Source: Helicobacteraceae bacterium
GTDB lineage: Bacteria; Campylobacterota; Campylobacteria; Campylobacterales; SZUA-545
Reading direction: 5' to 3'
Assembly: GCA_031276985.1 (NCBI GenBank)
Contig: JAISMA010000192.1
Span: 1 to 37,845 of the forward strand
DNA length: 37,845 nucleotides
The notes beneath the pieces are model-generated. The model was not told the origin of the DNA, did no database searches, and was given only the letters and a program-made list of their open reading frames with translations. Position numbers and translations under genes: made by a program. Numbering within the stretch: position 1 is the first letter of the stretch; the number at the start of each line of letters is the position of its first letter. Below, piece by piece: positions 10,201 to 15,978 of this stretch.

Positions 10201-10262
10201 GCGCAATTGTCGTTAGATGAAGATTGGTCGCAAAAGATCGCGGCGCTTTGTCGTTGAGATAC

Positions 10263-10318
10263 CTTTTTGGATGCGCCCCCCCGCGCTCTAGCTCTGCTTT
10301 GCAAGGCAGAGCGCGGAG
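10263..10318. repeat. Y module of the composite intergenic repeat, copy 1
   Basis: Near-identical to 11636-11690. Contains the palindrome CTCTGC-tttgcaag-GCAGAG nested in GCGCTCT...AGAGCGC. A degenerate X-like copy sits at 10196-10262. Confidence 0.7.
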
Positions 10319-10331
10319 CGACAAGAAGCGT

Positions 10332-10422
10332 GATCGCGCCCCCGCGAAGGCGCGCGATACGCCGATCCAGTAGCCGTAGCCAATCGATCGGCGCAACCGC
10401 TTTTTAAGAGCCGCGTTTTACC
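10332..10422. repeat. X module of the composite intergenic repeat, copy 1
   Basis: ~90 bp: GATCGCGCCCGCGAAGGCGCGC..CCAATCGG-N14-CCGATCGGCG..GTTTTACC. Four copies occur in the window. Its end contains the stop codon of the RNase H-like gene. Confidence 0.75.
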
Positions 10423-10810
10423 TTTTGCTCCGCCTCTCCGCCGCCTTTCTAGCAATATCGAGGCAACTCTCATGCATATCCGATTCGTCGCCGTCGCCTA
10501 TTCTTCTTGCCTTGACTGTGCGCTCTTTGCCGTTTGCCTTTTTCGCCGCGTCAAGTTGATCCAAAAGGTCTTCGTTTTTCTCTGGCTTTGTAATATCGCC
10601 ATTGATGCCTTTTTGGATATAGATGTTGTTGCTAATCACCTCGATTTCGCAAGATGCGGTCAGAACTTTCAGCGCCTCTATGACGGCGGTTAGCTCCATT
10701 TTGTGGTTGTCTGTCGTTTCAACCGGACCGCCGCTAATTAACGCGACCGCGCTCCATCCGCCCGGTATGTTCTTGTTTCCCAAACCCGCAGGAAAAACAC
10801 TGATTTTCAC
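10418..10810 (-). CDS. miniature RNase H-like protein, copy B (predicted catalytically inactive)
   Basis: GTG start with AAGGAG 6 nt upstream. Alignable to RNase HI (PGGW, NHKMEL, YIQKGI, CLDIARKAA), but the first Asp position is Ala (VFPAGL versus IFTDGS) and the third carboxylate is Asn (ISNN versus STDS). Confidence 0.7.
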   Translation of the reverse strand: MKISVFPAGLGNKNIPGGWSAVALISGGPVETTDNHKMELTAVIEALKVLTASCEIEVISNNIYIQKGINGDITKPEKNEDLLDQLDAAKKANGKERTVKARRIGDGDESDMHESCLDIARKAAERRSKR

Positions 10811-10863
10811 TTTGACTCCTTTTGTAGTTTTGCCAAAGCGATCGACGCTAGATTTTTCTTTGC

Positions 10864-11156
10864 ATCGCTTCGCAATGTTTGAGCAAGATTTAACTTGCCG
10901 ACTTTTTTGACATTTCGTTTAGCGCCGCGCCGCAACAGTTTGCTTTTTGCAGTTTTTGCGGCGTAAATCGCGGATTTTATGGAGGAGCGGGCATAAGAGC
11001 TTTTCCTTGCGCTTCGGTCAATCCTAGTTTCACGCCCGTTCCCTCTTGATTCAAAAAGTTAGCGATCGTAGCGCAAGCATTCTTAAACATTTCTTAAATA
11101 CGCGAAAATTATTTTGACGCTTGCCGCGAGGCTCTCTTTCGCCCGCGACGGAATTT
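10864..11156 (-). other. conserved non-coding module, copy B (candidate structured leader or ncRNA)
   Basis: No ORF of 60 aa or more. Colinear with 14284-14430 plus 14597-14751. Conserved 8-bp stem CGCCGCAA-N20-TTGCGGCG and GCAAG-N6-CTTGC hairpin. Confidence 0.4.
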
Positions 11157-11559
11157 TTAGATTGAGATTAGTTGCAAAGGATTTATGGGCAAACCGTCTT
11201 TGGTAACTTCAAAAACAAGCTCGTCGCTTACTCGCCCGATTGATTCGCGTTCTTTAAGCGATCGCGCCACTTTGATATTGGGCGAAATGCTGTCGAGATT
11301 GCGATAGATCGTGTGAATGTTGCCCTGATGTTCAACAATCACCACTTTGCCCAACGCTTTGATATTGTCGGCGAAAACCACTTTGCCGGGCAGCACGTTT
11401 CGGACAAGCGCGTCGCTTGAGCTTGCCCTGAGCGTTACGGAGTCGTTGTGTATTTTGATGTTGTAAACGGGATCAGTGTATGGACCAAACTCTTTCACGA
11501 GTTTTATCGGCGGGCTATCCAGCGGCGCTTTGACCTTTTTGCCGTCGTAAGCGCCCGCG
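11157..11559 (-). pseudogene. duplicated 3' fragment of envC (LytM domain, 134 codons plus stop)
   Basis: 396 of 403 nt identical to 14752-15154, with identical encoded protein. The N-terminal two thirds of the gene are missing. The 5' end is fused to an X repeat, and only a TTG without an RBS is available as a start. Confidence 0.8.
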
Positions 11560-11635
11560 AAGGCGCGCAATACGCCAATCGGTTAGCCGTAGCCATCCGA
11601 TCGGCGCAACCGCTTTTCAAGAGCCGCGTTTTACC
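11551..11635. repeat. X module, copy 2
   Basis: Matches 13121-13205 almost base for base. Its first 9 nt (GCGCCCGCG) coincide with the envC duplication breakpoint. Confidence 0.75.
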
Positions 11636-11690
11636 TTTTTTGGATGCGCCCCACGCGCTCTAGCTCTGCTTTGCAAGGCAGAGCGCGGAA
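11636..11690. repeat. Y module, copy 2
   Basis: Matches 10263-10318. Confidence 0.7.
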
Positions 11691-11719
11691 CGAACGGGTG
11701 GGCTAACGCCAAACGTTTC

Positions 11720-13096
11720 CTACTGATCTTTTACGATGCGAAGTCTGCGGTCGCCATAGTCGCCTTCCTCGCGCCAAGTCGCGTTTTTGCCGCGTCCGAC
11801 AAAATACCCGCAGTAACCTTTCTTTGGCTGATTCGCCGGATCAACCTGATCTTTTGCGGAATAAGCGCCGTAGCAATCGCCTGCCAACTGCTTTTCGTAG
11901 ACGAAGGAGAGCCCGTATTGATTGGTGTCGCCACGCTTGTATTTCTCTTCGCCAGCTTTATAGTTATCCCCCCAAAAGAATTTTGTCGTCGTACCTGCGC
12001 GCATCGCGTAGTCTAATTCAGCTTCGGTAGGCAGGCGGTATTTGGTTGTGTTTTCTTTTTTATTTAGCGCCGCAATAAACTTTTGCGCTGTTTCAAACCA
12101 AAAGCTGTCGACTTCCTCGTTTTCGCCTATTCCCCTCCCATACGCTTCGCCCGTAACGTCATACCACATTCCGCCGGTAATTTTAAGGTCTTTGGCGATG
12201 TAAAACGGCTTGGTTAGCGTTACTTTATGTTGCGGTATTTCGTTTTCATTGCATTGGCGTTTCATCTGTCCCAAAGCGACCGCTCTCGCGTTTGCGGGAT
12301 CGTCGTATGGATCGGTGCACCCCATTTGGAAGGAGCCTGGCGGAATCAAAACAAACTCCATGCCGATTGAGTTTTTGAATGTGGGTAGATTCTGAACCTC
12401 GACCAGCGGTTTTTTCAGCTCTTCGGCAAGTTTACGCTCCGCTTCCGCCTTTGCTTCCGCTTCTTTGCGTTTTACTTCGGCAAGTTTACGCTCCGCTTCC
12501 GCCTTTGCTTCAGGGGACAGTGCGCATCTGGCCGATTCCATTCCATTCGACGCCCAGTCCTTTTCTGTTTTCATAAGAGATATCTTCCCTTTTTCGCAGT
12601 GGAACGCGACGCCGCCAACGACAAGCTGTTTTTCCCCAAAAAGCGCTTCCAGCTCGCTCTTTTTCGCTCCGTATAAGTAGTTATTTGCTGGTAGCGACTC
12701 CGCATACGGAAACGGATACAGCAAATCGTAGCTCTGCAAAACTCCGGCCACTATGTGAAATACGTGGGCGGAGGACGAATCAACCTCCACCGTAACGTCC
12801 TTTTTGCCCGTAACGGTGTAGTTGAAATACACGAGAAAAGTACCGTCTTGCTGCTTTAGGCGATCGGTTATCTGCGCTTTGATCTCGAAAACAGCCATTA
12901 TAGCCTCCACCCAATCTTTCTCGCGACTATCTGTATATTGAGCAAATCTATATTGAACAAAGCTCTCCAACAAACGTTTCTCGTAGTTCTGCCGCACAAA
13001 ATCCTCGACTACCTTTTCGTCGGGCTTTTCGGCGCAACCGCTAAAGGCGATCATCGCAATAAGCGCGATCATAGTCGCGTACTTTCTTGTTTTCAT
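11720..13096 (-). CDS. lipoprotein with a C-terminal FGE-sulfatase (SUMF1/C-type-lectin-fold) domain
   Basis: Signal peptide with lipobox FSGC and an AKAEAERKLAE coiled-coil repeat. Also GMEFVLIPPGSFQMG, EIPQHKVTLTKPFY and YRLPTEAELDYAMRAGTTT, which are typical of PF03781-type domains. Confidence 0.8.
   Translation of the reverse strand: MKTRKYATMIALIAMIAFSGCAEKPDEKVVEDFVRQNYEKRLLESFVQYRFAQYTDSREKDWVEAIMAVFEIKAQITDRLKQQDGTFLVYFNYTVTGKKDVTVEVDSSSAHVFHIVAGVLQSYDLLYPFPYAESLPANNYLYGAKKSELEALFGEKQLVVGGVAFHCEKGKISLMKTEKDWASNGMESARCALSPEAKAEAERKLAEVKRKEAEAKAEAERKLAEELKKPLVEVQNLPTFKNSIGMEFVLIPPGSFQMGCTDPYDDPANARAVALGQMKRQCNENEIPQHKVTLTKPFYIAKDLKITGGMWYDVTGEAYGRGIGENEEVDSFWFETAQKFIAALNKKENTTKYRLPTEAELDYAMRAGTTTKFFWGDNYKAGEEKYKRGDTNQYGLSFVYEKQLAGDCYGAYSAKDQVDPANQPKKGYCGYFVGRGKNATWREEGDYGDRRLRIVKDQ
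12421..12511. repeat. in-frame 54-bp tandem duplication inside the FGE-domain lipoprotein gene
   Basis: cttcggcaagtttacgctccgcttccgcctttgcttc occurs at 12421 and again at 12475. It encodes the repeated (A)KAEAERKLAE. Confidence 0.7.
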
Positions 13097-13116
13097 TGTT
13101 TGACCTTTCTGTTTGT

Positions 13117-13205
13117 GATCGCGCCCGCGAAGGCGCGCAATACGCCAATCGGTTAGCCGTAGCCATTTGATTGGCGCAACCGCTTTTCGAGAGCCGCGTT
13201 TTACA
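13117..13205. repeat. X module, copy 3
   Basis: Lies immediately upstream (on the minus strand) of the RBS and ATG of the FGE-domain lipoprotein gene. Confidence 0.75.
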
Positions 13206-13280
13206 TTTTTCGCCGCCTCTCTGCCGCCTTTCTAGCAATATCGAGGCGACGCTTATGCATATCCGCTTCGTCGCCGTCGC

Positions 13281-13727
13281 CTATTCCTCTACGCTTTTTA
13301 CCGTTTGCTTTTTCGCCTCGTCAGTCCGATCCAAAAGGTCTTTGTTTTTCACGCGCTCTATAGCGTCATTGTTTTGGATATAGGCGTAGATTTGCCACAC
13401 AAAATCATCAGCGTCATTGAAGCCGTTTTGGATATAGGCGTAGATTTGCCACACAAAATCATCGACTACCTTTTGCTTTTTCGCCTCGTCAGTCCGATCC
13501 AAAAGGTCTTTGTTTTTCACGCGCTCTATAGCGTCATTGACGCCGTTTTGGATATAGGCGTAGATTTGCCGCACAAAATCATCAGCGTCATTGACGCCGT
13601 TTTGGATATAGGCGTAGATTTGCCGCTGATAGTCCTCGACCGTCTTTTTATCAGGCTCTGCGGCGTAACCGCTAATGGCAATCGACGCAATAAGCGCGAT
13701 CATAGTCGCGTACTTTCTTGTTTTCAT
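13281..13727 (-). CDS. chimeric secreted repeat protein (signal peptide fused to amplified RNase H-derived segments)
   Basis: Start taken at MKTRKYATMIALIA (13727), which has the same RBS and 5' region as the gene at 13096. The body is (DDFVRQIYAYIQNGVNDA)x4 interleaved with IERVKNKDLLDRTDEAKKQ x2, similar to IYIQKGINGD...KNEDLLDQLDAAKK of RNase H-like copy B. Confidence 0.5.
   Translation of the reverse strand: MKTRKYATMIALIASIAISGYAAEPDKKTVEDYQRQIYAYIQNGVNDADDFVRQIYAYIQNGVNDAIERVKNKDLLDRTDEAKKQKVVDDFVWQIYAYIQNGFNDADDFVWQIYAYIQNNDAIERVKNKDLLDRTDEAKKQTVKSVEE
13308..13643. repeat. nested tandem repeats (168-bp unit x2, each containing two ~54-bp sub-units)
   Basis: tcagtccgatccaaaaggtctttgtttttcacgcgctctatagcgtcatt starts at 13321 and again at 13489. 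ggatataggcgtagatttgcc occurs four times. Confidence 0.8.
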
Positions 13728-13747
13728 TGTTTGACCTTTCTGTTTGC

Positions 13748-13811
13748 GATCGCGCCGCGAAGGCGCGTAGTACACCGATCGGTTAGCCGTAGCCATTCGA
13801 TCGGCGCAACG
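13748..13811. repeat. X module, copy 4 (truncated)
   Basis: The first ~64 nt of X lie between the stop of RNase H-like copy A and the RBS of the chimeric ORF. Confidence 0.65.
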
Positions 13812-13813
13812 GG

Positions 13814-14242
13814 TTATCCCTTGTTCTTGAGCTTTTCAGCGACCTCTTCGGCGATCTTTTTGGCAATCTCTCGCGCGATCTTGTCGCATTGTTTAAGCTC
13901 CTCAATGGAATTTCTTTTCAGCCATTTCGCCGTTACCTTGTGCCGTTTGGCGACGGCGAGATACGCATCCCACAAATAGGGTTTTTCGCTGTCTTTTACC
14001 CCGTTATTGATCCCATTTACAACGATTTCGTTGTCTAAAGTTAGCTCTATCGAGCTAGGCTCTTTCAACAAAAGAAGCGCCGCTACAGCGGGCGCAAACT
14101 CCATTTCATAACTGGTAGCGTATGTAGCGCCGCCGCTTAATACTTGTTCCGCGCCGCCCTCGCTTCGCACGATCGCGCACCAACCGCCCGCGCCCGGATT
14201 AGGCACAGCGCTTCCGTCGGTAAAGATTTTAACTTGTCCCAT
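13814..14242 (-). CDS. miniature RNase H-like protein, copy A (DEDD carboxylates retained)
   Basis: Start taken at MGQVKIFTDGS (14242, AAGGA RBS). IFTDGS, YEMEF, TLDNE and QCDKIARE align with D10/E48/D70/D134 of E. coli RNase HI. The basic protrusion is shortened and the His124 position is not His. Confidence 0.8.
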   Translation of the reverse strand: MGQVKIFTDGSAVPNPGAGGWCAIVRSEGGAEQVLSGGATYATSYEMEFAPAVAALLLLKEPSSIELTLDNEIVVNGINNGVKDSEKPYLWDAYLAVAKRHKVTAKWLKRNSIEELKQCDKIAREIAKKIAEEVAEKLKNKG

Positions 14243-14485
14243 TTTTTGTTCCTTTCGATTTAATGACCGCCAAGCAATCAATGATCGCTTCGCAATGTTT
14301 GAGCAAGATTTAACTTGCTAGTTTTTAACGTTTCGCTTAGCGCCGCGCCGCAACAGTTTGCTTTTTGCAGTTTTTGCGGCGTAAATTGCGAATTTTATGG
14401 AGGAGCGGGCATAGGAGCTTCTCCTTGCGCGTTATGGCGGGTTGCGCTTGAAACGCTAAAACTATGAAAATTTAATCTATTGGCT

Positions 14486-14504
14486 GGGGGGGGGGGGGGG
14501 GGGG
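14486..14504. repeat. homopolymeric G19 tract (C19 on the transcribed minus strand)
   Basis: Counted directly: 19 consecutive G inside the copy-A-specific insert. Confidence 0.9.
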
Positions 14505-14649
14505 TGAAAGGCGTTTGAGCGCGTTTGGCTCGATCAACGAATACAAATTGTGCGGCAATACGGATTTTGCGAAAAGATTATTGGCTAACCATATCCGATT
14601 GGTTAATCCTGATTTCACGCCCATCCCCTATTGATTCATAAAGTTATCT

Positions 14650-14655
14650 ATTATA
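14650..14655 (-). promoter_or_regulatory. putative -10 box (TATAAT) downstream of envC, heading the non-coding module and RNase H-like copy A
   Basis: Minus strand reads GCTTGCGCTATAAT. The same TTGCGCTATAAT context occurs at 10195-10206. Copy B has TACGAT at the equivalent position. Confidence 0.3.
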
Positions 14656-14751
14656 GCGCAAGCATTCTTAAACGTTTCTTAAATACGCGAAAATTATTTG
14701 ACGCTTGCCGCCATTCTCGCCGCGAGGCTCTCTTTCGCCCGCGACGGAATT

Positions 14752-15978
14752 TTAGATTGAGATTAGTTGCAAAGGATTTATGGGCAAACCGTCTTTGGTA
14801 ACTTCAAAAACAAGCTCGTCGCTTACTCGCCCGATTGATTCGCGTTCTTTGAGCGATCGCGCCACTTTAATATTGGGCGAAATACTGTCGAGATTGCGAT
14901 AGATTGTGTGAATGTTGCCCTGATGTTCAACAATCACCACTTTGCCCAACGCTTTGATATTGTCGGCAAAAACCACTTTGCCGGGCAGCACGTTTCGGAC
15001 AAGCGCGTCGCTTGAGCTTGCCCTGAGCGTTACGGAGTCGTTGTGTATTTTGATGTTGTAAACGGGATCCGTGTATGGTCCAAACTCTTTCACGAGTTTT
15101 ATCGGCGGGCTATCCAGCGGCGCTTTGACCTTTTTGCCGTCGTAAGCGCCCGCGCCCGCGCCCTGATACGAAGCGCCGTAGTGTTTAACGGCGATTTTCG
15201 CGCCCGGTAGCGTATCTTGCGCCGTAATCCGCGATTGTTTCATATCGTCGACCGTTTTTTGGCGCACAATGTTTAGATCGGCTAATAACTGCCGTTCTCG
15301 ATTTTTTTGATCGATTAGTTTGTTAAGCTCGGCGAGATAGCCGTTTTTGCGTTTGTTTAGCGTTTCGATTAGTTTCGTTTGATCGCTTCTAAGCGCGCGT
15401 TGTCTCGCGTCGGCTTTAGCGAGAGCGTCAAGGTTGTTTTGCAGTTCGTCTATGCGGTTTTGCGCTTTTTTAATCTGCGCGATCTTATCGGCGTAGTTTA
15501 ATTTTAGTCGCGCCGTGTCTTTTTGCACGCGATCTCGCATTCTAAAAAATATCTCGATTTTCACCATATCCGCATCGCTTTGCGCCCCGCTTTTTTCCAG
15601 CACCAAACTTTGCGCGGCGTGATTAGCCAGCAGTTTAACAAGTCTTTGCTCGATTGCGTCTCGCTCCGATACAAGCACGTCTTTTTGCTTTTGCAAAGCG
15701 CTAAATTCGCCGCGCTCGCTTGAAACTTTTTGCGTTAGCGCTTTGATCTCTTTCTCGCCGACAAGCAACGCTTTTTCAATATCGGCGATCAGCGCGTTGG
15801 CGTTTGTAATCTCTTTGGATAGCGCGTCGACTTTGGTTTGAAGCGCGCCTTCGTCGCTTTGGCTTTTTTCAAGACGGTTTTGCGCCGCTTTGATCTCCGC
15901 TTCGATCTCGCCAAGGCTTTTGGCTTCGATCGCAACCGCTACAAGCGCTAAAATCGATAAAAACTTGAACAAGTTCAT
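14752..15978 (-). CDS. envC: EnvC-like murein hydrolase activator (coiled coil plus degenerate M23/LytM domain)
   Basis: Signal peptide, ~250-aa coiled coil and a C-terminal LytM fold. The usual HxH motif is replaced (ELVFEV). It lies immediately downstream of ftsEX. Confidence 0.8.
   Translation of the reverse strand: MNLFKFLSILALVAVAIEAKSLGEIEAEIKAAQNRLEKSQSDEGALQTKVDALSKEITNANALIADIEKALLVGEKEIKALTQKVSSERGEFSALQKQKDVLVSERDAIEQRLVKLLANHAAQSLVLEKSGAQSDADMVKIEIFFRMRDRVQKDTARLKLNYADKIAQIKKAQNRIDELQNNLDALAKADARQRALRSDQTKLIETLNKRKNGYLAELNKLIDQKNRERQLLADLNIVRQKTVDDMKQSRITAQDTLPGAKIAVKHYGASYQGAGAGAYDGKKVKAPLDSPPIKLVKEFGPYTDPVYNIKIHNDSVTLRASSSDALVRNVLPGKVVFADNIKALGKVVIVEHQGNIHTIYRNLDSISPNIKVARSLKERESIGRVSDELVFEVTKDGLPINPLQLISI

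Larger units (their letters stand above)
14284..14751 (-). other. conserved non-coding module, copy A, with a 166-bp copy-specific insert
   Basis: 14284-14430 and 14597-14751 are colinear with 10864-11156. 14431-14596 is absent from copy B. No ORF of 60 aa or more. Confidence 0.4.

Noticed and set aside
10196-10473. Track ORFs 10113..10304, 10196..10396, 10288..10473 and 13041..13238, all on the minus strand
   Set aside because: They are translations of the X/Y repeat DNA, which explains their mutual similarity (e.g. ATANRLAY.APSR). They are Arg-rich, lack an RBS and overlap better-supported features.
11157-11570. Independent 137-aa M23 peptidase gene as suggested by the ORF track
   Set aside because: The first 7 codons come from the X repeat, the start is a TTG without a Shine-Dalgarno, and the rest is a copy of the envC 3' end. 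It is annotated as a gene fragment. The synonymous-only divergence is flagged as a finding.
11720-11900. Calling the locus a diversity-generating retroelement
   Set aside because: The target-like FGE fold is present, but no template repeat, reverse transcriptase or Avd gene is visible in the window. It is reported only as a hypothesis to test genome-wide.
14431-14596. Phase-variable coding sequence across the poly-C19 tract
   Set aside because: Reading through the tract on the minus strand gives only about 28 codons (LPHNLYSLIEPNALKRLSPPPPPPQPID*), starting at a TTG with no RBS. It is treated as non-coding.
10811-14751. Retron or other reverse-transcriptase element, suggested by structured non-coding DNA next to RNase H-like genes
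   Set aside because: No ORF in the window has reverse-transcriptase motifs (no YxDD-containing protein), and the small RNase H-like ORFs are free-standing. The idea is kept only as a distant possibility under the ncRNA finding.
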